A stretch of 63,981 nt of DNA, the filler included, from Dirinaria sp. TL-2023a (Eukaryota), in the NCBI GenBank assembly GCA_051941275.1. It is 4 parts of 4 records of this genome, joined end to end, with 100 filler letters (N's around TTAATTAATTAA, not from the genome) between each part and the next. Parts side by side here need not be neighbours in the genome. Positions count along the whole stretch, not along the records: positions 1 to 16,425 come from JAVEBF010000492.1; 3 more parts are not named here. One strand, 5' to 3'. Under the pieces are notes generated by a model. The model worked only from the letters and a program-made list of their open reading frames with translations, made no database searches and had not been told where the DNA came from. The position numbers and the translations under genes were made by a program. Positions 1 through 12,600 of the stretch are shown in pieces. Every line of letters starts with the position of its first letter. Within the stretch, counting starts at the first letter, position 1.

Positions 1-30
1 TTTAGAAAAAAAAAATTAAATAAAGAAAAA

Positions 31-99
31 GAAGAAGAAGAAGAAGAAGAAAGAAAAATTATGTTGAGTGCTAAGAGAGAGAGAGAGAGAGAGAGAGAG
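31..99. repeat. (GAA)n and (GA)n microsatellites in AT-rich, homopolymer-rich intergenic DNA
   Basis: gaagaagaag... at 31-50 and gagagaga... at about 74-99, read directly. Confidence 0.9.
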
Positions 100-1361
100 A
101 TGTATAAGATGAAGAAAAGGAACTTTGAAAAGGGCGAGGGAGGGAATGAGGTGTTGCCTTTTCTCTCTCTTTTTTTTGAGATGTTGACGATATCATACGA
201 ATCTGCCGTGTTAGAGAGAAGAAAAAAGGGGAAAAAGAGAGAAGGAGATGCTTTTATTGTTTCTGCAGGATAAAGATAGGATAGGGTGAAATAAACACCG
301 CCTCAAAGAAAAAAAAATTTTTTTTCTTTTTTCTTTTTTTTTTTTTCATTCTTTTCTTTTATATTTTGATGAGTGAAAAAAAGTCTTGTAGCCAACCCCC
401 CTCCAACTCATCCTTCCTCTTATATACATACACACACGCTCCAATTCAATCCTATTACTAATTACCCAAATAAAAGCCTCGGTACAATTCATTCAATACT
501 CACAACTCCTCATCTGCTCTCCTTTTTTTCTAGGGGAAAAAAAAAGAGGAAAAAAGGAAAAGAAAAAAAGTATGCTTTTCCTGTGATCTGATCTGAAACG
601 ACTATCGCATATTATTTCTCCATCCACGTTCTAGAAGAAGAAAAAAAGAAAAAACAAAAAAGAATTTCGTCTGACTACTACTACCAACACAGAGCTATAT
701 ATATCGTAGCCTAAAGTGAACGAAGTTAAAAAAAACCGTATTGAGACAGAAAATGAGATTTTCTGTTCAATTCTCAATTGAAAAATCTACACAAAGCCAA
801 AAAAAAAAAAAAAAAGTGAAAAACTGTCAGCGGATTTTGTCGGTGCTGCTTCTGATTTGTTTTATAAGAAGTAGGAGGAGCGCTCATGAAGGCCCCTCGA
901 GGGTTGATTGTTATTGTCTTTTGTTTAAGGGATTATTAGGTGATATTCTGCTTGCTGCGAGTATTTGGTTGTTTGCATTACCTTTTTTTTTTTTTTTTTT
1001 TTTGGGAATTGACGTGAGCGTGAGTATAAAGAGCTTGAAAAATAAAAACTCCTAGTGGGATATAGAGGTGCAGTAGGTACATTATTATTGTATTTTGGAT
1101 TGAGACTACATAAGGTAGGTACTTCATACTTAAGATAGATATATCGAAAAACACCCTTTGATATATGTTTTTCAATGTTAAGATGAGAAGCTGCAGTACA
1201 TGTATGTAGCCAGCCAAGCAAGCAACGCCTGAGAGGGGTAGGGTTTTTTTACCCCCATTCCCTTAAACCTGATGAATTAGCTCAAAAAAAGAATCTCACA
1301 ATTCTGTCAGCGCAGTGCCACTAGAGAAGTAATTTCAAAATTTACGTTCTCGGCATTTTTC

Positions 1362-2885
1362 TCAAGACACCTTCGCTTTCTGCGGTGGTGACCGCTTCCC
1401 CCTCGTGCCGAACCATTCTACCCATTTGCGACCCACATCGACTTCCGTCACGCCGTCATACCGCTTTTGCAGCGCGCCCACGTCGCCCGTCCAAATTGTT
1501 CCCAGAGCGCGGTCCCAGAAGGTCGTGTACAGCTGTGAGTAGTTTGTCTGTGTGTGTTTGGAGATTGGGGGCGTCAGTAGCTGCAAAATCCACAAGCTGT
1601 TGCGAAAACCAAAAGAGAGAAAAAAAGGAAACAGTAAAAAAAAAGAGGTACCTTGATTCCCCAACTCTGATGATGGATATCATGATAGATGGCGTTCTGA
1701 CACGTCAACACCTCGAAGGGATGCCAGGGGATACTGTACCCGCAATGGTCGTGCACCGATTTCAGCGTCGACAGCGTCGCGAACAGCAGAGCCTGGCGGG
1801 TCGAAAGCCGCGGCAACCCGATCGCGAGGTACGTGCCTATCCCGTCGATGATGAACTCTTCCCAAAAGTTGCTGTAGAAGGCGCCGAAGGCGTAGGGGAT
1901 GTAGACCTATTTTTCTCTGATCAGCATCGGGTCATATATCGGTAGTGTAGAAGTATGGAATACGGGGCTGGAGAGGCGGAATAAGGTTTGATGATGATGA
2001 TGAAAAAGAGTGAGTGGGGTTGCTGTACTGCCACAAGGAGCTTTGTTAGGGCTGCGGAGTATACTGCTTGTAGGAAAACATCTTTGGAGGAAAGAGGATC
2101 GCAAGGTACGTGTTCGCGAATGGGAATTGGAACTTACACGGTGATGAACAGAGTGGAAATTGTCTGCGATTTATTGAAGAGAGATTTTAGCATTTCTCAA
2201 AATATTTTCGTCCAACGGGTTTCATCAATTGTAGGTTGTAGAAAAATTTTTAATACGACTCACTATAAAGATATTGGTTCGTGTGCACAATTCTGTGCGT
2301 GAAGTACTGCCAAGTGTCGGCGATAAAGATTGCCAAAGCGAATTGTGCCAATGGCACCAAAAAATAATATATAGTCTTTGCGGCTGTCAAATCCGGCATG
2401 GAAACGGCAACAATATCGCCTGTCTCAGTCTCACTACCGAAGGATACCGCGAACCTCGAATCTATAGTAGCATCTCTCCAAATTGTCCAGCCGGAAAGAC
2501 CTAAAAGCTTCCTGACTTGTGAGAGCCAGAGCGCCCAGAGAGCGATGTCACGCGCTTCATCTCCCTGCAAATCCGGCTCTGAGCCGCGCAGCATCCAGAA
2601 ACCGAGCAGGGTGGTGGTGACCTGGTAGAAAAGAATGCTGGATATGACTTTGGACATGGGGACCTTGTTCCGTTTCAGGATTTCGGCAGGCGTATGCAGC
2701 TTGTAGCGTGCGAGATAGCCTCTGGTGTCGATCCAGTGAAAGAGGAGGCCGTAGGCCCAGTATGCTCCCGTGGGGAGTAGCAAAAGAAGATGCGCATCGG
2801 AGATGAAGGGCAGGAGCGGCGTACGAGGGTTCAGCTCCGGCGTGCCGAATACAGGGCGTGAGGAGTCAAGGTGAGTAGTGTTCAT
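1362..2885 (-). CDS. Sphingolipid C4-hydroxylase-like (SUR2/fatty-acid hydroxylase superfamily) membrane di-iron enzyme, about 362 aa, 4 exons
   Basis: Exons 2885-2264, 2163-2138 (26 nt), 1906-1652 and 1547-1362 join in frame through GT-AG introns. His boxes HRIVH, HSVHH, HDH and HDIHH are present, plus YIPYAFGAFY and TNYSQ..TFWD motifs typical of SUR2 homologues. Confidence 0.88.
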
Positions 2886-3621
2886 TGCCGTAGAATTATT
2901 ATCCAGATTTTAATGCCGAGCGACGACGAGGATGATGCGACGCAAAGAAAGAAAGCTCAACGGAATGCATACCGATATAGGTCTTTGCGCGCTCTTTGAG
3001 TCACAGCAAATTGGGGTCTTGTTCTGGTTGCGTAACAAGGTATACCTAAGCCGTTGTATCTTCAGTTCCAAGCGATTGGCTCCGATCTTCCCCCACATCG
3101 TTGGCTGGTTTCTAACATGCAAAGCTAAAGCATCTTCGGGTTGGATAAGCATTGTCTCATTCGAGAAAGTCAATTTGGGGACTCGCTCCGATTACTCATG
3201 AGAGGTCAGTCAGCACCCAAGTGCATCCGACTTTTGATACGTGTACGCACCTGCATGCAGTTCCCCAGCCGATTCTGCACATCAAAAATTTTCGAGACTT
3301 CTATATCGTCCTTACAAGGGGGCGCTTCGCTGTCAACCAACTTTGATATCCAGCATGGCGCTAGCCATATGCACCGTCCTTTGTTTATAGCAGGCTATGC
3401 CGACTTCCTTCATTGTAGAGCCGAACTTAAAAAAGATGACCATTGACAAGGGGTTTGAACTGCTCAACAAGTTTCAACTTATCCTCTGAACCACTTTCTC
3501 TACAACCGGTCCTTTCCGTATAGACGTTCCAATCATTACCGCAGCCGCTGACAACGAAGCGTGTGGCATTACCTGCTGTTACCCTCTCAGCACGATGCTC
3601 TTGCCCTTACTGATCCTGGCT

Positions 3622-4636
3622 TTATGCGGCTATTTTCTCGTAGATAGCAGCAAGGTTCTGGGTCGGATCTTCATTTTCAACCATCCCGAGCCAAGACTTT
3701 GCTGGCTTCTTGAATCCAAGCAGTAACTGCAGCTTAGGGCTCATCTTCAGAACCTTACTTCGGGGATTACACAAGAATTGGTTCTCCTCTTGACGCCGAT
3801 TCCCTCGACAAAAGACAAGATTCCAGATCTTACGAGTCTCGCCAGGGATAGTATTATATCCAGCACCGTGAGCCAAGGTGCTAAGAAAAATGAAAGCGGA
3901 ACCTCGCTCCATCTCTAGACACCATGCTAGTCAGTTCGGATAATCAGCGATTGCGGTACTGTACGGTCTTACCAAGAAACGAAACCTCATCGGGTTTGCC
4001 ACCTCTCTCATGTTCCCACTTGTGAGAACCCAGAATAACCATAGTACCGCCATTTTCGCGCGTGATTCTTGTTCCAGCGAGAAAGCAGCTGAAGCCGTCT
4101 ACTTCATTAATCTTCATATCGGGGCGGTGCGTGCTGGAGAAAATCATGTCGTCCCTGTGCAGTGCTTGACGAGGAGAGCCATGACCGACACAGAAACCCA
4201 GGGCAATGCTCAGTAAAGGTTCAACAACAAGCTCCTCGCTATGCTGCTCAAAAGTGGCAAGATACCTCTCCTCTAGAATCACTTTGAGGAGCTTGTCTAA
4301 AGTCTCATTAGTGTCCAGGATGTTGGCGATGGTATCTGACTTTCCAACCAAGCCAGGAATAACAAGCGTCTTTTTCCCAATCAAATTGTCATACCCAGCG
4401 TGATCGCCAGCAGGCTTCGTGAAGGGCTCAAGCTCCTCGTCAATCTTGTCTAAATTCTCCAATGGAACAAAATCGGTCAAAATGACCCCACCATCTCGCT
4501 CAAGGATCGCGAGAATCTCTTCGAGAGATGACGTGGCTGGGATTTTGGTGATGGCCCTGGATGGTTGATAGGAAGCATCAATAGGCGCCAGCAGGCGAGG
4601 AGTAGGAGGTTCCTTGTCTTTCTCACTTTGCCCCAT
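3622..4636 (-). CDS. PhyH-family (phytanoyl-CoA dioxygenase-like) Fe(II)/2-oxoglutarate dioxygenase, 2 exons
   Basis: Exons 4636-3973 and 3914-3622 with a GTAAGA..TAG intron. LERDGGVIL N-terminal motif, QALHRDD (HxD), NGGTMVILGSHKW and distal His in LAHGAG. Confidence 0.88.
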
Positions 4637-6518
4637 TTCTCTCTATACTGTTCCCACGTTCAAATAGATCAGTGACGGCAAGACAAAAAAGAGATGTGAT
4701 GATTGAAATTCAAGCGAGAAAACCAGCAACAGTAGGAAAGTAGTGTAGTGGCGGCCGATGTGGTTGACGTATATATATTTTTGAACTGCCGTGTGAAAGA
4801 AGATAATTGTGGTATGATGTGCGTGTCTTGCAATGGAGCTTTGACGCCAGGCGAATCTCAGAAGCGATGACTTCTCTCAGAGCATGATAAATAAGCTCGG
4901 CGATGAGGACGTGACAGGACTGAACCTGGTGTATAGTTCACTGGTGAGCTACATTTGGGTTCATGCATCATGCCAGAAGGCCTTAGAGGGTTTTAGTCAA
5001 CTTGCTCAGTGTTCTTACGACAAAGCATGATAGGAGCCGATTCCGAATGACGAGGATGGGCAGCATGATCAATAAAATTGCGCACGCTAACGCATGCAGA
5101 TTTATCTGCGACTCACAATAGACTCGCTCATGGAGGGTCAAGACGCAGCAGCTCAATCAGCGCTTGTAGCAAGAGGATGAAGAGCCGGGTATATGGCGAA
5201 TGGGGTACGTCGCGTAGACCAGAAAGCTTTCGATGCCTCATGGGACTAGCATTTTCGAAGAATATATTGGTTTGGGCTTCGCTGGCACCAGAGACGGCTG
5301 CATAGCAAGCAGGGAGTGCATCAAACTGCTGCTTGTAGCGCCAAAAAATCCCGCTACCACTGTCATGTGGCTGATACCTGGAGTGGGTGGGTGAGCAAAT
5401 GAGTACTTTCGCAATGTGGACATCGAATGCGATATTAGAGCAGGCGGTATTGAAGCAATTGCAGAAGCCTGAGAAGGTGCTGAGAGTGCTGTATGCTCAA
5501 CATTCCCATATATCTTTGCTGAATACGCTGCTAACTGCCTCGGGAAGGCCTTTTCTCGGCCACTAGGCTGAATGTCCGAGGGGTCGGCACTTGGGGAAGT
5601 CGTCCTAGGGAAGGGCCGACATACATAATGCTGAGCCTAGATTAGCCGACTGCATGGAAACACTTGCCTACCTTAAGCCTGCCGCCTGGATGCGCGCACA
5701 CGAGGTGGGAACAGGGATGAAATAGCACCATTAGTGGTTTCAATGGCAGCATCAATGTGAGTCCTGGCTAGTTCGATCGCTGCCACTAGTCACGAGTTTG
5801 ACCAGCTGGGTGGGCCTGGGGCACACCGGACCACCCATGATTACCACACCGGATAAGACAAGGTTTACCTAAAAATGCACCGGCGCCCGCCAAAGCGTAC
5901 CCGTAATCACCTAGAAGATCGACTCTTGTGGCGTACACCACGCTAGCCAGCAGGCATCTAGACAATTTCCCCCACCCGAGCTACTTTGGGCACTCTAGCG
6001 CCCCAATCGAGATGCCAAGTCATTAACGAGAGCAATCGTCACGATCGCACTTCCGAGTAGTTGGAGCAAGTAAGCCTGATCGCTTTGTCGCTCACGTCCT
6101 ACACACGCTTAGGACGAGAGACCAGAACACCAAGTCCGCTGGCTTGGGGTCATTCCATTCCTGATACACGTGTGTGTTGCAGCGTCAATCGTCACGGCAA
6201 CAACCAATGAACAAGGACTGCAACTTGGTCAACTGAAGTCGATCTGCACGATCTAAGAAGAAGAAAAGGTCAACTCGGTTCCCCTTTTCGATACTGAGAA
6301 CAGGTCGATATATGAACAAAGCAACAGCCAAAGCGAGCGCGGAAAAGAACAGCCAATGTACCTTAGTATCATTAATACCGCGTTCCCGGCCCATCATTCT
6401 GGGCCAATATATGACTTTCTAATTGGTCGCTTCGTACTTTGTACAAGTGCATCGGTTCTTCTGTTGTCGGCGACAGCATCTAGCGACCCAAAGCTCATAC
6501 CTTAGTAGCCCCTGTCCT

Positions 6519-6525
6519 TATAAAA
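6519..6525 (+). promoter_or_regulatory. Putative TATA box of the NRPS-PKS gene
   Basis: TATAAAA about 160-180 nt upstream of the ATGs at 6683/6701. Confidence 0.35.
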
Positions 6526-6682
6526 AAGTAGCAATCGGGCATCTGGCGTGAGTCAAACTGTCTCGTTCCTATTTATATCGGTTGCATCAAGGGTCAACGT
6601 CTGTGAACAAGCATCAGAATTGCATGGTCTTTGCAATCGATTGATATCTTATGAACGTTCATCTGTTCTCATCATCTGGTGC

Positions 6683-9600
6683 ATGTCTTGTCCAGAAAAA
6701 ATGATTGGCATCTCAGACCAAGATTATCAGACTTTGGTCAATGACTTCAATGCCACTGATGATCTTTCCTTAATAGGTAGTCGTTTGGACCAATTATTCG
6801 AGGCTATTGTGGATAGCTTCCAAGATAACATCGCCCTGATTCATAACGAAACCGAGGTATCATTCAAAGAGCTTAACGCGTCCGCAAATATTCTTGCTCG
6901 AAGCCTCGCAAAGCGAGGTTTAAAACATGGTGATGTGGTTGGCCTTGCTGTGTCACGCTCGATCGACCTTCTTGTTGTTATTCTAGCTGTGCTTAAGCTA
7001 GGTGCCGCTTATGTTCCTATCGACCCTTCATTCCCCGCCGAACGCATTAATCAAATGATTGAAGATGCTGGCCCTAAACTGATCCTCCTCAGCGACAGGC
7101 CGACTAAGGGTCTTGCGCACTGGAAAGACCTATGTTTGAGCGTTGGTGAGGCAAGAGATAGCTCAATCGTTGATACGACCAATCTGGGAACTGAAATCCA
7201 AACGCAGGACTTGGCCTATGTAATCTACACCTCTGGCTCCACTGGGCGTCCCAAAGGTGTCGAGATTAGCCATGGGGCCTCCGCTAATTTTCTGAGCTCG
7301 CTGCGAAAGTACGAGCCAGGTTGCAATGAGCATGATCGATTGCTCGCTATCACGACCATCTCCTTTGACATGTCAGCTCTAGAGCTGTTATTGCCACTTG
7401 TCTCTGGTTCCACAATGATCGTCGCAAATGCAAGTGCAGTCAAGGATCCGCGTGAGCTCATCAGCTTGATGAAGCGTCACCAAGTTACCATTTTACAAGC
7501 CACACCTGCAACGTGGACAATGCTCCTAGAGTCTGGATGGAAAGGAAAGCCGCGATTGTCCAAAATTCTTTGTGGTGGTGAAGCACTCTCTCGTCAACTT
7601 GCAGACCGGCTTCTCACCTCTGCTGATTCGGTGTGGAATGTGTATGGACCCTCCGAGACGACCTACGGAAGCGTTGGAAAAGTCGGCAACGGCGACATTG
7701 TCGTCGGAAACCCCGTTGCCAACGGTCGAATCTATATTCTCGACGACAACATGTCACCTGTGCCCATGGGTTGTGAGGGTGAAATATATATTGGCGGTGG
7801 CAGTGTATCGAACGGATATCGTAACAAACCCGAGCTTACACACTCTCGATTTCTTAACAATCCCTTTCACGGCGGCAGATTCTTCCGCAGCGGTGACCTA
7901 GCTCGGTTCATAGGACCGGGAAAACTCCAAGTCATAGGCCGTATAGATGGAGTTGTCAAGATCCGCGGTCACCGCATCGACGTTGGTGATATCGAAGCGG
8001 TCCTTCTTGATCATAGCAATGTGTCCGAGGCGGTTGTTATTAGTCGCGATGATCGTCTAGTGGCGTACTGCGTGCTTTATGTGCCATTTCACGCCGCAAC
8101 TTCGGTTGATAATTTTCTGCGTCCATGGGTTGCCGAGCGCCTTCCATTCTACATGGTGCCAACATTTTTCGTACCAATGGATGCGTTGCCCCTATCTCCC
8201 AATAATAAGGTCAACCGTAAGGCCCTCCCTGATCCAATAGAGGTGATCCAAGTTCAAGCCACAGTGCAGCCTACTTCCGAGTTGGAGCAACAAATACAAG
8301 CCGTTTGGTCAGATATTCTCGGCCACAACCGCATTGGCATAGAAGACAACTTCTTCAACATCGGTGGCGATTCCGTGCGCGTTATTCTCATGCAAGCAGT
8401 GTTGGAGAAACAATTGTGCCGACCTATACCAGCACCCAAGCTTTTTGAACACTACACGATCAAGGCATTAGCTGTATATCTGGCTAGTACAAGCAAGGAA
8501 AACCGTAGGCAGGAAACTCGCACCGCGGGCCATGGCTTGCCTGTCAATGACGAAGTTATTGCCGTGGTTTCCATGGCATGTCGTTTACCTGGTGGTATTG
8601 TAACGCCAGAGGATTTCTGGCAGCTATTACAAAGTGGGGGCGAAACGATTATTGATGTACCTAAGGACCGTTGGGATGCTGATAAGCTATTTAATAGAGA
8701 TCCTGATGTTGAGGGTACTTCTTATTGCTGCCGAGGTGGCTTCCTAGACTCAATTCACTCCTACGATGCAGCCTTCTTCGGCATATCGCCGCGTGAGGCA
8801 GAAGCAATGGACCCAACGCATCACCTGATGCTGGAACTGTGTTGGGAAGGCTTTGAACGAGCTGGCTACACAAAGCATCGGCTGAGCGGTAGTACAACAG
8901 GCGTCTTCCTCGGCGTTAGCAACAATGGAGCAACAAATGGTAGACCACCAGATCTCAAGGGATACTCTATTTCAGGAAGCGCTAGTGCTACCATGGCTGG
9001 GCGCCTATCCTATACCCTTGGTCTGCAGGGACCATCTCTAGTTGTTGATACCGCATGTTCATCGTCTCTAGTGGCCACGCACCTGGCCTGTAATGCTTTG
9101 CGCCAAGGTGAGTGCAACATGGCCTTGGCTGGCGGTGTGAGCCTTCTACTCACCCCCGGTATCCACGTTGAGTTCAGCAAGCTCCGCGGTCTTTCGGCAG
9201 ATGGCCGCTGTAAAGCCTTCTCAAATGACACAGACGGCACAGGATTCAGCGAGGGCGCCGCTGTCATGATCCTGAAACGCCTATCTGACGCCCAGCGCGA
9301 TGGCGATAATATCCACGCCGTATTGCGTAGTACTGCAGTGATGCACGGAGGTCGCGGCGCTGGCCTAACAGCGCCCAGTGGTCCCGGCCAGGTAGCACTT
9401 ATTCGTGCTGCCTTGGGCCGGATCGCGATGGAACCAGGCGATATCGACTATATCGAGGCTCACGGCACTGCTACCAAGCTGGGTGACCCCATTGAAGTAA
9501 CCGCGCTGGCCGAAGTCTTTGGGATGGAGCGGCGTCCCAGCTCGAATCCTCTAAGGCTAGGCTCTGCCAAGTCGAACATTGGGCACACTCAAGCCGCCGC

Positions 9601-12600
9601 TGGCCTCGTCGGCCTGTTGAAGGTGGTCTTGTCGATACAAAACAATACTCTGCCCAAAACGTTACATGTCAGTGAGCCCACCACAGCAGTTGACTGGAAG
9701 AGCGCCAATATGGAGCTGGTCCTCGCAAATCGACCATGGTTGCCAAACGACAGCCGAATGCGCCGGGCTGGTGTTAGCGCGTTTGGCATTGGTGGCACAA
9801 ACGCACATGTCATCGTGGAAGAGTCCCCTAGGCCCCTCATGGAACAAGTTGGCGGAATTACACCAAGTGCAATTCCAGCTGCGGTCCCGTTTGTGCTGTC
9901 AGGCAACAGTGACACTGCTCTTAGGGCACAGGCTGAGAAGCTTCTGTTGCACATCAAGAGCGGCATTGGACAGGACCAGCGTCTGAGTGATGTCGCCTAT
10001 TCGCTAGCCACATCTCGCACACACTTTCGCCGGAGATCGGTCGTGACCGCAGGAGACAAGGCGCAAATGCTGCGAAAGCTGGCTTCTATCAGCCCAAGCT
10101 CTGGTAAGCTGCTCAAGATGGACGACTTCGGCAAGCCAAGCATAGGAATGCTTTTTACTGGACAGGGCAGCCAGCATTCAGGAATGGGTAAGGATCTATA
10201 TGCTGTCTTTCCTGTGTTCCGGAACTCAGTAGACGAAATTGCTGCCAGGTTCACGGGGATGGAGTTGTCCCTTCTTGATGTTATGTGGACCGGATCGGGA
10301 AACATTTATGCCTCCTTGTTGAACCGTACCGATTTTGCTCAGCCCGCGCTATTTACTCTTGAGGTATCTCTCTGGAAATTGTGGCAGAGTTGGGGCCTGA
10401 AGCCTGATTTTCTTCTTGGGCACAGTGTAGGGGAGCTTGCCGCAGCTCATGTTGCAGGAGTCTTGGACTTGCACGACGCTTGCCGACTTGTTGAGATGCG
10501 CGGCCGATTGATGCAAGCCCTTCCTTGTCATGGAATGATGGCATCACTAGAAGCCAGTGGCGCCGAGGTCGCCGCGGCAATTAGGGAGCTGAGCCAGAGT
10601 GAGAGAGTCGGAATCGCAGGTTATAACACGCCTTCTCAGACTATTGTATCTGGAGATATTGAGGCCGTCGAGGCTGTGACGGTTCGCATGGCAGCATTAG
10701 GACGCAAGACCAAGGTACTTAATACCAGCCACGCTTTCCACTCATATCACATGGACGGTATGCTGGATGAATTTAGGGCTGTAGCCCAAACTGTCCGATT
10801 TAGACCACAGAAAATTCCCATTATCAGCACAATGACCGGTAGACCGGCTGAGGCGGGTGAGCTTGAACAGCCCGAATATTGGGTTCAGCAGGCGCGCCAT
10901 GCTGTTCGATTGATTGATGCCTTCCAAGAGCTTGCTAGCCAAGGGGCGAACGTACTTCTTGAACTTGGGCCTAGTCGAACGCTTTGCGGTTTGGGTGCGG
11001 TATGTCTTCCCAATACTTCTCAAGTGAGCAATCCTCTCTGGTTGCCCTCTCTGAAGCCAAACATGGATGGGACCTCGGTCATTCAGAACAGCCTGGGTGA
11101 GTTGCACGTGCGACATGTGCCAGTCGACTGGGCCGCATACTTCAAGCCTTTCGGCTGCCAAAGAGTGACACTCCCCACTTATGCCTTCCAGCGAGAGGTT
11201 TCTCAGCCTGCGAAGAAAGCCAGTTGGTTTGGTAGCACCTCAGAAACCACTTTGGTTGATGAAGCCGTACAGGGTGTAGGAGAGATGACGTTCGAAATGA
11301 ATTGGCGCCAAGCTGACACGGAGATGATCCAGCCTCGAGGTTCATGGGGTCTTCTCTGCCCATCCGAGGAGACAGCGTGGACGAAAGAAGCACAAAAGGC
11401 CCTATCGAACACAGGCATTCAGTTGACGCCCGTTTCAACGATTCGGGTGGCAGAGCGGCTTGACGGTCTACTTTGTCTGTGGGATTCGGACGCCGATGTT
11501 GTTCAGATGGCGCATAATTTTACCGCAGTCGCGTTGGCTCAATTGCAAGAGGCAATCAGGATTGGATTTGCCGTGCCATTGGTGTGGGTAACCCGTCATG
11601 CCGTCGGTGCTGGCGCCCGGGACCGGCCTTTCAAGATAGGGGCTGGGCCGCTGTGGGGCCTGATGCGTACTGCCCGGAGTGAGCATCCAGAGTTGAGTCT
11701 GCGCTTGATCGATGTCGATGAAGAGACCGACCTGGTGATCCTCGGTTTGGGATTGATGCTGACCGATCATCCCGAAACCGCTATCCGTCAGGAACGGCTG
11801 CTTATGCCGCATATGGAGCGTGCTGCCTCAGTTGCATCGCCATCAGTTGAGTTGCCATTGCTTCGAGCCGACGGCGCCGTGCTGGTTACGGGCGGCCTTG
11901 GTGATCTTGGAGGCCGTATAGCTCGCAGACTGGTGACCTTCCATGGAGTCCTTGACTTGGTTCTGACGTCGCGGCGTGGCATGGAATCACCTGGCGCTGA
12001 CGCATTTGTGGCCGAGCTTGCAAAGCTGGGGGCCAAAGCTACGATCGTCAGTGGCGACATAGCAGACATTGACAGCCTTAGATCTATTCTGCAGCTATTT
12101 ACAGCCAAGCGACCCTTACGGGGCGTGATCCATGCCGCCGGAGTCACAGATTCGGGTATTCTGTCGTCCTTAACGCCCCAGAAATGTGCCACGACTTTCG
12201 CGCCAAAGATAGACGGCCTGTGGAATCTGCACCAATTGACCGTGGATATGGATCTGGACCTTTTTATGACGTTCTCCTCTATCTCTGGTATCATGGGCTT
12301 ACCCGGTCTAGGAAACTACGCTGCTGCCAACTCCTTTATTGATGTTCTTGCATACCTGCGGCGGGCACAGGGCCTGCCAGCCACCTCGGTGGCATATGGC
12401 ACCTGGGGCGGAGACGGCATGGCAGCTACTCTCGTCTCGACGACTCGCGCCCATCTTTCGCAGCTTGGATTAGGCTTCCTCACACCGGAAGTAGGTCTGA
12501 AACTATTCGAACAAGCTGTTCAGCAAGGCCGCGCTCTTACCGTAGCTGCGGTCCTTGATTTGCAGCGGCTCAAAGCCTACTACGAAGAACAAGGTGCTGT

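Noticed and set aside
1..1300. Short Lys/Phe-rich ORFs here and at 45100-47900 and 51500-52600
   Set aside because: They arise from poly-A/T tracts and microsatellites in intergenic DNA.
4700..6400. Hidden regulator or pseudogene in the divergent spacer
   Set aside because: Short ORFs show no Zn2Cys6 or other recognisable motif in the frames I read.
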